The notes beneath the pieces were generated by a model that searched no databases, was not told the origin of the DNA, and was given only the letters and a program-made list of their open reading frames with translations. The position numbers and the translations under genes were made by a program. A stretch of 64,000 bases of DNA from an uncultured Candidatus Saccharibacteria bacterium (GTDB lineage Bacteria; Patescibacteriota; Saccharimonadia; Saccharimonadales; AWTP1-31). The DNA lies in assembly GCA_964536985.1 (NCBI GenBank), contig CAZIBG010000002.1, forward strand, positions 18,738 to 82,737, read 5' to 3'. Below, piece by piece: positions 47,226 through 56,508 of the stretch. Position 1 is the first letter of the stretch. The number at the start of each line of letters is the position of its first letter.

Positions 47226-47906
47226 TTATGTAGCTAAAACTTCACCGGGCTGGAGATACCTAGTGTGGCCAGTGGTGACCTTGTCTGCCAAAGCTCCGAT
47301 AAACGGAGCTGCCACGTCCAGAATAAACGGTTCTCCTCCAGAGTTTGTATAGCGGACCCATTGGTGTCCCGATCGGTCGTTAGGGCTGTCGATTGGTGAG
47401 CGAAAATTTCTATGGATTCGTGGTGTTCCACTTAGAACACCATCTTGTTTAAATAACTCAAGTAATGCTCCAACCGCGAGTGACTGTTCGCGGCAGACAC
47501 CCGTTCCATCATCAATGTACTCAGAGAGCTCGATCTTTGCGTCTTTTGGCATTCGATCCTGCCCATAGGAGCGACGGGCAACCCTTCCCTCAGTAGCCTG
47601 TTCACCCTCTTTGGAGTAACGCATATTGTCGTACACCGTTCGGAATACCGAATCCAAAACGTAATCCCTCTGAAGCATGCCACGAACACTAGCACGTGCC
47701 ATAGCCTCGGCCTTGAGCCTCTGGTAGGCTCGTGGATATTTTATAGGATCAACGACAATTGCCGGGGCATGAACTCGAGGGCCGTACATGTCGATACCAC
47801 CAATGATAGTGGTGTTGCGAGTGATGCGGAGGCGACCACCAAAGTATGGTCCAGGTATGGATGCTGGGGCCGGTGAATATCCCCAATTAAATCGTTGTTC
47901 TGCCAT
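47226..47906 (-). CDS. Hypothetical protein, possibly a transglutaminase-like cysteine protease
   Basis: 226 aa. GVCREQSLAVGALLE ... GHQWVRY ... ILDV resembles the Cys-His-Asp transglutaminase core (GxCRDFA...HAWVEVY). Confidence 0.35.
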   Translation of the reverse strand: MAEQRFNWGYSPAPASIPGPYFGGRLRITRNTTIIGGIDMYGPRVHAPAIVVDPIKYPRAYQRLKAEAMARASVRGMLQRDYVLDSVFRTVYDNMRYSKEGEQATEGRVARRSYGQDRMPKDAKIELSEYIDDGTGVCREQSLAVGALLELFKQDGVLSGTPRIHRNFRSPIDSPNDRSGHQWVRYTNSGGEPFILDVAAPFIGALADKVTTGHTRYLQPGEVLAT

Positions 47907-47954
47907 AATACATATTATAATATATTCTAACCATATTTACAATTTCTCACGTGA

Positions 47955-48470
47955 TTGCAGTGGAGCTGGCGGGTACTCTACGATGATATAATTAAAAATA
48001 TGAAGATCTGTCGTAATTGCAATCAAAACTTCGAGCCAAGCAGTAAGCATCTTGATTGTCCATCATGCAGATACCACCTTTCTAAGAAGGTCCTTTGTCA
48101 TTCGTGTAAAGTACATTTTCATTCTCCAAGATATCAGAACTGCCGCAGTTGTACGACGAAACTTAAGCCAGACTACGGAAAAGGCTCTTATATAAAAAAT
48201 GGCTACAGAATGGTGTTTTCTGCCGAACATCCTAAAGTCAAAGATAAACGCAGTAAGTACATATTCGAACACGTGTTAGTGATGGAGGAACATATTGGCA
48301 GATACTTGCTTGATAGAGAGAACGTGCACCATCTGAACGGTGTCCGTGATGATAACAGATTAAAAAACCTAGAGCTCTGGATAAAAACCCAGCCAAGCGG
48401 GATTCGGGTAGAGGATGCCGTAAACTGGGCGCATGAGATTATCGAAAGATACTCCAAACCTCGAGAATAG
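47955..48470 (+). CDS. HNH endonuclease with an N-terminal Cys4 zinc-finger cluster
   Basis: HNH motif (NVHHLNGVRDDNRLKNLELW) and multiple CxxC pairs. The true start is probably at 48000 (MKICRNC). Confidence 0.7.
   Translation: MQWSWRVLYDDIIKNMKICRNCNQNFEPSSKHLDCPSCRYHLSKKVLCHSCKVHFHSPRYQNCRSCTTKLKPDYGKGSYIKNGYRMVFSAEHPKVKDKRSKYIFEHVLVMEEHIGRYLLDRENVHHLNGVRDDNRLKNLELWIKTQPSGIRVEDAVNWAHEIIERYSKPRE
47958..47974. repeat. Left copy of an imperfect direct repeat flanking the HNH cassette
   Basis: cagTGGAGCTGgCGGgt versus atgTGGAGCTGcCGGtg at 48499..48515, matching at 13 of 15 core positions. Confidence 0.4.
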
Positions 48471-48473
48471 AAA

Positions 48474-48495
48474 AACTCGAGATTACTCTCGAGTT
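48474..48495 (+). terminator. Terminator-like hairpin after the HNH gene
   Basis: Perfect 9-bp stem aactcgaga / tctcgagtt with loop ttac. No strong T-run follows. Confidence 0.45.
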
Positions 48496-48498
48496 CTT

Positions 48499-48515
48499 AT
48501 GGTGGAGCTGCCGGT
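48499..48515. repeat. Right copy of the imperfect direct repeat flanking the HNH cassette; overlaps the tRNA-like fragment
   Basis: See 47958..47974. Confidence 0.4.
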
Positions 48516-48532
48516 GATCGCAACCGGGTCCG
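48500..48532 (-). other. tRNA 3'-end-like fragment (T-arm, acceptor 3' strand and CCA), possibly an integration-site remnant
   Basis: Minus strand reads ccggt-tgcgatc-accgg-cagctcc-a-cca. No matching 5' acceptor strand (ggagctg) lies upstream, and the T-loop is non-canonical. Confidence 0.3.
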
Positions 48533-48952
48533 TCAGTTAACATGGCTCAATGACTACAGGCTTAGTTTGTCTTATATTTCTTTAGCCAAAATGCTAGAGA
48601 CAAACAAAAAACATGCTGGCTGCAGCCCTAAGGCTTAGCTATACGTAGGGGCAACTACGTATAGAGCAATCAGAAGTATATAGCGCTGACACAAAATATC
48701 TGATGTCTCTTGTGAAGCGGCATCCTAATTAAATTAGGCTGCTAGTGCGTAGTCTGCGTTTCGAGCGAAAATTTCTTTTACGCTTGTTAGCAAGTCTGCG
48801 CGAGCTGTAGAATTTTCTGCAACTGTGTTGTTTGATCCAGCTAACGTGTAGATCAATCCGGCCTGCCATTTGAGTCTGTTAAAGTCCAACGTCGAGCTTA
48901 AAATTCAGCCCCATTAAGCAGTATTATATCATAAATTAAGCATTAGTGATAT

Positions 48953-50629
48953 TTAATGAGCGGCTGCAGGTGATTTGTTGTGCAGTTCTTCTAGGTCATG
49001 GGTATGAGGCAGGAAGAAGGAGACACCGAATCCGAGTGCAATAAAGAATCCCATATAGAGTACTGCGGTGCGGGCTGCATCGGCGGAAGCCTGATGAGCA
49101 ATTGCGGTTAGCTCTTTCTGGACAGCTGGTGAAACTGGTGCAGCATTCTTATCCTGACGGATTCCGCTAAGCTCAACTTCTGAGGCAGTAGATGCAACCT
49201 TAGCGGCTAGCGCTGGCTTGGCTGTAGCAGGAATGACGCTACTGTTTGTTACGCCACTAGCTAAGCTACTGGAAAGCGTAGTTAATAGCACGGCACCAAT
49301 TATTGCCGAGCCAAGTGAGGAACCAACTTGTCGAATAGTATTGTTGACTCCTGATGCCTCGCCGGACATATATTCCGGGACTGCGGACAGCGTAAGGTTG
49401 CTTGCCTGAGCCATGACCATTCCCATTCCTAGGCCGAATATAATCATGCCAGGTATAAAGCTAGCAGCCGTAGAGTCGGCAGTGATGGAATAATGCATAA
49501 CGATACTAGCCAGTACGGCAAACACTAATCCAACTTGAATAATACGTTTTGGGACAAACTTTTTTGTTAAAACTGCAGCTGAGAATGGTGCAACAAATAA
49601 CATAGTTAGCGACATAGGAAGCAGTGCTAAACCAGTGTGAAAGGCGTCTAGGTTACGGACCGACTGAAGGAAAACAGGAATGGCAAATATTAAGCCAACC
49701 ATCCCTAGAGATAAGAATGCCATCACCGAAGCACCTGAAGTAAACTGCTTGTTTTGAAAGAGGTGCATCGAGACCAAGGGGGTGCGTCCGTGGTTCTCGG
49801 CATCATTCTGCCACCAACCAAAAAGTACCAATAGCGCCAAACCCAAGGCCATAGCCACAGGCGTCGGTGAAAGTCCAAAAGGTATTGTTCGCCCGAATAC
49901 TTCGAATGGCTTGATGGCACTCCACCAGCCGTAACTTGAAGATTCTATGATGCCATAAACAAAAAGCAGCAGGCCGGTTGCCGACAGGAACACTCCAAGA
50001 AAATCCAGTCGAGCCTTTTCGACTCTGTCTCGGCCTTCTGCGATGAACAACGATCCGAGTAACAATACAACAGCGACTACAATGTTAATCCTGAATGCCC
50101 ATCTCCAGCTGTAGTTAGATGTCAGGAAACCACCTAGAATTGGTCCGATTGCAGAAGATGCGGCAGCAACACCTCCCCATACACCAAATGCTAATGCCCG
50201 ATCACGACCACTATAGTTGGAAATAACCAAGGAGGTAGTAGCTGGAAGCATTAACGCCGCACCAATACCTTCAATAATCGCCTCTCCTGCAATCATCATG
50301 CCTAAGCTATGACTAATGGAAGTAATGAATGACCCGATAGCAAAGATAACAGCTCCCAACATGAACATCTTTTTACGACCAAATAAATCGCCCAACCGTC
50401 CTCCGGTGACTGTCAGCGCGGCAAGAGTTAATGCGTATCCTGCAATAACCCACTGCATACCCTGCAAGTTAGTGTTGAGGTCGTTAACAATTACCCGCAG
50501 TGAAACGTTAAGAACGGTAGTGTCGATAATGATAATCATCATCGCCATGCTCAGTACCGCCAGCGGTATCCATTTTTTGATTCCACTTCGTTTTGGCACA
50601 GTCTCAGTATTTTTTTTGTTTTTTACCAT
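48953..50629 (-). CDS. MFS transporter, 14-TM drug:H+ antiporter (DHA2/EmrB-QacA-like)
   Basis: 558 aa, about 14 hydrophobic helices, MFS motif GRLGDLFGRKK. Confidence 0.8.
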   Translation of the reverse strand: MVKNKKNTETVPKRSGIKKWIPLAVLSMAMMIIIIDTTVLNVSLRVIVNDLNTNLQGMQWVIAGYALTLAALTVTGGRLGDLFGRKKMFMLGAVIFAIGSFITSISHSLGMMIAGEAIIEGIGAALMLPATTSLVISNYSGRDRALAFGVWGGVAAASSAIGPILGGFLTSNYSWRWAFRINIVVAVVLLLGSLFIAEGRDRVEKARLDFLGVFLSATGLLLFVYGIIESSSYGWWSAIKPFEVFGRTIPFGLSPTPVAMALGLALLVLFGWWQNDAENHGRTPLVSMHLFQNKQFTSGASVMAFLSLGMVGLIFAIPVFLQSVRNLDAFHTGLALLPMSLTMLFVAPFSAAVLTKKFVPKRIIQVGLVFAVLASIVMHYSITADSTAASFIPGMIIFGLGMGMVMAQASNLTLSAVPEYMSGEASGVNNTIRQVGSSLGSAIIGAVLLTTLSSSLASGVTNSSVIPATAKPALAAKVASTASEVELSGIRQDKNAAPVSPAVQKELTAIAHQASADAARTAVLYMGFFIALGFGVSFFLPHTHDLEELHNKSPAAAH

Positions 50630-50638
50630 TGGTACTCC

Positions 50639-51103
50639 TTAGTTCGAATCAGTTTGATGGCAGGCACCTGGTCGATCGGATCGACAGGCAGCGCCATGCA
50701 GTATTGTTAGTGTTTCTAGTAGTGCGGCTTGTTGCTTTTCGTTCAACGTACCGAAAACGGGTGCATGGTAACTGTTTAGTACACTCATTGCTTCGTCCGT
50801 TAGTCGTTCGCCCTTTGCAGTTAGTACCGTGATATGTTCACGGCGATTAGCAGGATTAACAGTTGTTTGTAGCATTCCTTGTTCGAGCAATAGCTTTATC
50901 TGACGGCTGATGCTGGCTTCGGTTTGACCCAACTTTTCTGCTATATGCTTTTGCTGGATATTTGGTTTCCACTGGAGCGTCATCATAATCTTAAACTGGC
51001 TAAATCCAATTCCTAAACGTTCTTGTAGAACTTGGTCTGATTGTCGACCAAGAACAAATGCTAGATGATTGAGCAGATAACCAATGTTGTTTGTGGGACG
51101 CAT
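50639..51103 (-). CDS. MarR-family transcriptional regulator
   Basis: 154 aa with a winged-helix region. It sits immediately upstream of the MFS gene. Confidence 0.75.
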   Translation of the reverse strand: MRPTNNIGYLLNHLAFVLGRQSDQVLQERLGIGFSQFKIMMTLQWKPNIQQKHIAEKLGQTEASISRQIKLLLEQGMLQTTVNPANRREHITVLTAKGERLTDEAMSVLNSYHAPVFGTLNEKQQAALLETLTILHGAACRSDRPGACHQTDSN

Positions 51104-51155
51104 AGTTTTGACCTCTACATTCAGCTTACGCTCCGATACTTAACGTGTCAAGTAA

Positions 51156-52526
51156 CTACGGCTTGGCTACGGGATTTGGACCTGAATAGTCAGATCCCAG
51201 TGATTTAAGTCGCTTCATCGGATAGGAGCCGTCGGTACCCAGTACTCCATTCGAACAGTTTTGACCCTTATTAATACAGCCCTTCGTCCAATGCTCCATG
51301 ATCTGATTATTCCAACCACCATACCAGTCGCCATGTAGTGATGTACCATCCGGGACATTAGCCATACGATCAGATGAAAGATGCCAGCCAGAATAATTAA
51401 GGTTACCCGGCCATGATACATGGTAGCTTACTTGCGGCATGATGTACGGATGAGACGGAGGGCAAGCTAACTTACCATTTACACTCGTGAAGTATGAAAG
51501 ATGATCCTTGTGATTGGTCGATGGGTTTTGATCGAGTTGCGTTGAATCGAGCACCGGAGAACCGTTGGCATGGACAGCAACACAAGGTTGAAAATAGATT
51601 ACGGCCATCAACTTAATATCGTATTTATCACAAACGTTGGGATCGCAGTTAGTAGCTTGGTTAGGATTTGGCGGACAACTATCTGGAATCGTTTGCCCCT
51701 CGTAGGTATATACCAGACTGCCCGTGTAGCACTGCCACTGAATACCGTTTTCATTCATCAACGACGGATCAGTATTACCTGTCGCTTTTCCGGCGATCAT
51801 TTTTAGACCTTGCGGCATGATCTTTGTCTGGGCATTAAGATTAGCTGCCGATTTATAATACATAAGAATATCATTAGGAATTACCACCTTATCATTTGCA
51901 TCCTGAACTGCAGGCATCCAATACCCTGTACGATTAGCCTCGTAACCAGCGCATGTTCCACCACCACTATTAACTAAACTACTATCAGTAGTAGAGGCGT
52001 TAGCTTTGGTATTACCCCAGAACATATGTAAATGAGCCTTGCCAACCTGTGGAACCCCGTTAATTGGCGGATAGACAATTGGATCGTCATAGTTAAGGTG
52101 AGAAAACTGGCAGTAGAATCTAAACTGACCCTGTCCGTTGGGCGTGTTATAGCCACCAGAACTTGCATCATAATTACCTCGGTTATCGAGGTTTTGGGTC
52201 ACCACAGCCTCGGAGTCATTGGAGTACTGTGCCGGTCGGGCACCTAATGTGGTATTAATAACAACCCCGCCTAAATCTGTAGGCGTAGCTTTGCCAAACT
52301 TCACCGCCCTACCGCCAGATGCGCCGGGCACTTGCTGTTCAAGTGCAATACTTTCCTGGCCCGACTCAGCCTCAAAGCTGGCCTGATTGGTAGCAGCTTT
52401 AGTAAAGACCAGTAACGCGGTTCCTAAAAGTGCGAATATAATAACTGTCGAAAAACCAATAACCAGACGCTCATGGCGGGCAAACCATTTGCGTAGCTTA
52501 GGATATTGTAATAACGCTCTACTCAT
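51156..52526 (-). CDS. Secreted/anchored hypothetical protein, paralog 1 (DUF1996-like HLHMFWGN / DWYGGW motifs)
   Basis: 456 aa. The N-terminal anchor plus linker are shared with the neighbouring gene, as are C-terminal motifs (FSHLNYDDP, GKAHLHMFWGNT, GYWMPA, GDWYGGW). Confidence 0.5.
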   Translation of the reverse strand: MSRALLQYPKLRKWFARHERLVIGFSTVIIFALLGTALLVFTKAATNQASFEAESGQESIALEQQVPGASGGRAVKFGKATPTDLGGVVINTTLGARPAQYSNDSEAVVTQNLDNRGNYDASSGGYNTPNGQGQFRFYCQFSHLNYDDPIVYPPINGVPQVGKAHLHMFWGNTKANASTTDSSLVNSGGGTCAGYEANRTGYWMPAVQDANDKVVIPNDILMYYKSAANLNAQTKIMPQGLKMIAGKATGNTDPSLMNENGIQWQCYTGSLVYTYEGQTIPDSCPPNPNQATNCDPNVCDKYDIKLMAVIYFQPCVAVHANGSPVLDSTQLDQNPSTNHKDHLSYFTSVNGKLACPPSHPYIMPQVSYHVSWPGNLNYSGWHLSSDRMANVPDGTSLHGDWYGGWNNQIMEHWTKGCINKGQNCSNGVLGTDGSYPMKRLKSLGSDYSGPNPVAKP

Positions 52527-52549
52527 AATACTTATGGTAAGTATAACAT

Positions 52550-54160
52550 CTAGGGCTTACAGTAAGCACCGGACATTGGAGCATTTTGGTTATAGGCGTG
52601 TGTTGGATTCAATGGTATACACAGCTGGCTGTATAGGGAGTTCAGCGAAACTTTGTAGTTAGCGCTATTACCTTGTGTATCATACTGAGGCCGATATTTT
52701 AATGCCCGACCAGGGTAAGGAGTTGCGTTATTTGGTCCACCGTTGCTCAAGTACCCAAAGCCACAGTCTGCAGCTGCACCGCTTGGATCTTTATAGTTAA
52801 CACAGTTGTCGACCCACTCTTTATTGATGTCTTTTTGCCATCCACCCCACCAGTCGGCGTGATGCATGGAGCCGCGTGTTCCAGTTAGTCGCGGCGTTGT
52901 ACCAACAGATGTTTTGTCTACATCCGAAGATAAATACCAGCTGGAAGTGTCCTCGCCGGGCATGACTACATAGTTTATGAAGTACGAGATAGCTGGATAA
53001 AGATCGTTATCACCCGTAGGACCGTTGCCACCATAACGTCCATCACAATTACCGAAGAACCATGAGCCACGATTCACGCCGGATGCACGCCACTGTGTGT
53101 AATCACCATAGTTCGTGTTATTTTTTGGCCAACAGTAGAAGAACTTAATCTCCATTTCTAATACCGTTCGGACATTCGGATATGACCCGCTTTGGCCAAC
53201 ACATGTCGGAATCTCATCCACACCTTTGGGTGTATTAGGTCCTGAAAAGTTATCACTACATTTATAGTTCGCTTCGCCTTGGCCACCGCCATTCTGAATA
53301 GGCACCTCTGCGACTGATGTTGGCATTGGGGAGATGTTGGCCATACCCGGCTTGTAGACCTGGGCGTCCTGAACAGGATTTGGGCCTTTATAGTACACCA
53401 CTACTCGCTCTGGGATTCTGGCATTTCCCTGGCCGTCGATCATTGCAGGCGCCCAGTAACCCGAGCGATTAAGCTCCTGTCCGTTGCAGGTTGATGATCC
53501 TGAATCCTTAAGCGTGTCGTATGTGCTATAAGCGTTTACGTCAGTGTTTCCAAAGAACATATGTAAGTGAGCTTTACCGGGGACGCCGGGGTAAAGCAAT
53601 GGATCGTCATAGGCAAAGTGCGAGAATTCACAAGCTGTTCGATTTTGACCTCCCTCTGGTATCGGGAATGCTTGCTCGGGGTTGCCATTTGGATTATTCA
53701 AGTATGCCGACCGGGGGCCTAACAGCGGAGAATCATTACCAATAGGTAATTGCGACTGAAGCGTATTCTTGTACGCTGAATTATCATGGTTTTTGTTCCT
53801 AATTGTTTGTGACTTAATCATGGCCAAGTTAGTCTGATACCCGTTAACTGCCCCAGCCGCTCCAAAACGAACTGCCTTGCCGCCTGATGCGCCGGGCACT
53901 TGTTGTTCTAATGCAATACTTTCTTGACCTGACTCAGCTTCGAAACTGGCTTGGTTTGTGGCGGCTTTTGTAAACACCAACAAGGAGATGCCGAGCACAA
54001 CGAATACCAGTACACTTGCACCGCCAACCACCTGTCGCTCATGGTGCTGCAGCCATTTAATGGCAGACTTTACGGGAACCCCAAACCGTTTAGTAAAATT
54101 TTGCATATTAGTTATGCCTAGTATATCAGTTATAATCTGGTAATTGATAGCAAATGACAA
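52550..54160 (-). CDS. Secreted/anchored hypothetical protein, paralog 2
   Basis: 536 aa with a shared N-terminal 37-aa stretch and C-terminal motifs (FSHFAYDDP, GKAHLHMFFGNT, GYWAPA, ADWWGGW). The true start is probably internal, at about 54106. Confidence 0.5.
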   Translation of the reverse strand: MSFAINYQIITDILGITNMQNFTKRFGVPVKSAIKWLQHHERQVVGGASVLVFVVLGISLLVFTKAATNQASFEAESGQESIALEQQVPGASGGKAVRFGAAGAVNGYQTNLAMIKSQTIRNKNHDNSAYKNTLQSQLPIGNDSPLLGPRSAYLNNPNGNPEQAFPIPEGGQNRTACEFSHFAYDDPLLYPGVPGKAHLHMFFGNTDVNAYSTYDTLKDSGSSTCNGQELNRSGYWAPAMIDGQGNARIPERVVVYYKGPNPVQDAQVYKPGMANISPMPTSVAEVPIQNGGGQGEANYKCSDNFSGPNTPKGVDEIPTCVGQSGSYPNVRTVLEMEIKFFYCWPKNNTNYGDYTQWRASGVNRGSWFFGNCDGRYGGNGPTGDNDLYPAISYFINYVVMPGEDTSSWYLSSDVDKTSVGTTPRLTGTRGSMHHADWWGGWQKDINKEWVDNCVNYKDPSGAAADCGFGYLSNGGPNNATPYPGRALKYRPQYDTQGNSANYKVSLNSLYSQLCIPLNPTHAYNQNAPMSGAYCKP

Positions 54161-54172
54161 TATGAGGTACCG

Positions 54173-54331
54173 ATGGCCATTAATCCAAAATGTGACATGT
54201 GCGGAAATGAATTAACAGAGTTTGGAGCGATACTACTAAGCCCGCCAGACGACGCTAGCACCGTAAAGAAATTCCATATCTGTGTTAATTGCTATGCTAA
54301 GCTTCTCGAAAAGATGAAGTCAGAAGCCTAA
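54173..54331 (+). CDS. Candidate 52-aa zinc-ribbon protein (not in the ORF track because it is under 60 aa)
   Basis: ATG-to-TAA ORF MAINPKCDMCGNELTEF...HICVNCYAKLLEKMKSEA with two CxxC pairs. Confidence 0.3.
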   Translation: MAINPKCDMCGNELTEFGAILLSPPDDASTVKKFHICVNCYAKLLEKMKSEA

Positions 54332-54333
54332 GG

Positions 54334-55116
54334 CTAGGCATCGGCTTTCTCGTATAGGCTATACCATTGCTGTAGGCTTAGTTCCTGAGGTCGGCAGTTA
54401 GGGTCGATCTGAGCTTTCTCGAGTAGCTCAGTGGCTTCGTCTTTGCTAATACGCAGTCCAGCACTTAGGCTACTGCGGAGCTTTTTGCGTCTTTGTGCGA
54501 AACCGGCTTTGACTACTCGGAAAAACTTTTTGGTATCTAGATCGGGGAATAAAGGCTCTTCCCGGCGGACCAGAGTAATAATCTGGGAGTCTACCTTTGG
54601 AGGAGGAGTAAATAAAATTGCAGGGACAAGCTCCCCTAAACTCGCCTGATAGTAGAGCTGTACGCTTACACTCAATAAGGACATATCACCTGGCTCGGCA
54701 GCAACCCGCTCTGCGACTTCTTTTTGCACCAATAGCGTTATGACAGCTGGTGGATTTAGTGCTTCACTAAGCACTCGGAGTAAATTGCTTGTTAGATAAT
54801 AAGGGATGTTTGCGACAACTTTGTAGCCGGCTGGCAATTCAGAATAGTTATAGGTAAGGCAGTCAGCGTGGATAGTTTGAAGATTTTTACTCGGAACCCT
54901 GCCAGGCAGCTGCCGAGCAAGATCTTGGTCATACTCCAGTGCTATCACTTCTTTTGCGTTGTCTACCAAATACTTAGTTAATGTCCCCAGCCCTGGGCCA
55001 ATTTCGACCACTGTATCCTGATCATTAACCATGCCGGATTGAACCATAGCTACCAAGCTCAGTTCATCATGAAGCCAATGTTGGCCAAGGCTCTTTTTAG
55101 GACGTGTGTCGTACAT
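54334..55116 (-). CDS. rsmA: 16S rRNA (adenine1518/1519-N6)-dimethyltransferase
   Basis: 260 aa with the KSLGQHWL start and SAM-binding VEIGPGLGTLT. Confidence 0.9.
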   Translation of the reverse strand: MYDTRPKKSLGQHWLHDELSLVAMVQSGMVNDQDTVVEIGPGLGTLTKYLVDNAKEVIALEYDQDLARQLPGRVPSKNLQTIHADCLTYNYSELPAGYKVVANIPYYLTSNLLRVLSEALNPPAVITLLVQKEVAERVAAEPGDMSLLSVSVQLYYQASLGELVPAILFTPPPKVDSQIITLVRREEPLFPDLDTKKFFRVVKAGFAQRRKKLRSSLSAGLRISKDEATELLEKAQIDPNCRPQELSLQQWYSLYEKADA

Positions 55117-55165
55117 CAGTACATTCTACCAAAAATGTTGCAAAAAATACAGAAGATGTTCTGGT

Positions 55166-56479
55166 TTACCACCAGTGGTTCACAACCCAAAACTGGTATG
55201 CAGCAGACCAGCTTCCATATCTGCCACGAGCATAACCAGTGCACCACTTAAGCTGGGTAATTGGATTAGAGGCCCAGTCGGCACCAGCACTTGCCATCTT
55301 GTAGCCTGGCGTAGCCTGGCAAAGTCCATAACCAGTTTTTGGAGATGTTGGCGCACCGTGGAATGCCGGACAACCACCATATTCGCCCTGCCACTTAGTA
55401 GGACACCAACCAGATTCACGACCAACAATATAATCGACGGCATAGTATTCGGATGGTGAGATTCCGGCCGCCACCAACCATTCGGCGCGTCCACCAGTTA
55501 CTAATACTTTTGTTCCCTTAGCTACAACCCGGCGAACAGGATTAACGGCGATCACTTCTTGCAGTACTCGGCGCCCTGTCTCTGTACCGTTTTGCAAATC
55601 TAGTTCATAAGTAACGATCTTCTTACCATCTAGTCCTGGGTCTTTTACAACTGTCGATCCAAGAGCTAAGCTGGGGTCGTCTTCGTTGGCGACAGGAGCG
55701 GGAATGACTTCTTCGCTAGTAATAACTTGCTTACCATAGCGGACTACGAATACCTGAAGTCCATCCGTAATTGGCGTTTCTGGTGACGGCTGAATAGTAT
55801 CGCCCTCAATTGTTTTAATGTCCTTTTGTTCAAGCAAATCAGCAACAGTCTTGGCACGACTTCGAACAGATATATTATTTCCGTACAGGTTAACTGTTAC
55901 AGGGGTTGCCCGGTCTACCACAATCTGGTCGCCAATGATCAAAGATTTGTTTGGCGACTCGACAGGAGTTTGTGTTTCTATGCCATCCTCGGGGTACAGT
56001 GTTATACCGGCTTGCTTAATTACCGTTCGGGGTTGCTGGTGGGGGCTTAGGACTGTTGTTGCTCGACCTCCGTCGAGGATTGTTACGGGGCGAGCTTGCT
56101 GGACGGTTATCTTCATATCATCCTCTAGAATCGGCGTATCCAGTTTTGGCGAAACGATGTCCTGGTCGTTTACCGTAATTTCTAGGTTCTTGAGTAAATC
56201 AGAGACTTTTTTAGCACGTGTTGGTACAGTACGCTCTGCCCCATCTACACTAACGGTAACAATTCGGGAATCACTAGCGCCAATTGTCTGAGTATTGCTT
56301 ATAACCAGTCCAACTGCACTAACAAAGACCAATCCAAGAAATGTTAGTACCGGTAAGACAAAGGGGTGGCCTCGAAGAGGATGGGCTCGCTTAAGCTTGC
56401 GACGCCCAATGGCGGTGTACTTACGTGATAGTCGTTTAAGTCTACGCATATATATGCGACCTTGGAGGATAGCGAACAA
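55166..56479 (-). CDS. RpfB-like wall protein: repeated DUF348-like segments, a G5 region and a C-terminal transglycosylase-like domain
   Basis: 437 aa with an N-terminal TM. The C-terminus RESGW...YGLCQATPGYKM...W resembles the Rpf/3D lysozyme-like fold. Confidence 0.45.
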   Translation of the reverse strand: MFAILQGRIYMRRLKRLSRKYTAIGRRKLKRAHPLRGHPFVLPVLTFLGLVFVSAVGLVISNTQTIGASDSRIVTVSVDGAERTVPTRAKKVSDLLKNLEITVNDQDIVSPKLDTPILEDDMKITVQQARPVTILDGGRATTVLSPHQQPRTVIKQAGITLYPEDGIETQTPVESPNKSLIIGDQIVVDRATPVTVNLYGNNISVRSRAKTVADLLEQKDIKTIEGDTIQPSPETPITDGLQVFVVRYGKQVITSEEVIPAPVANEDDPSLALGSTVVKDPGLDGKKIVTYELDLQNGTETGRRVLQEVIAVNPVRRVVAKGTKVLVTGGRAEWLVAAGISPSEYYAVDYIVGRESGWCPTKWQGEYGGCPAFHGAPTSPKTGYGLCQATPGYKMASAGADWASNPITQLKWCTGYARGRYGSWSAAYQFWVVNHWW

Positions 56480-56508
56480 TCCGGACAGTGTTACCCTCGT
56501 TCAGTCAG

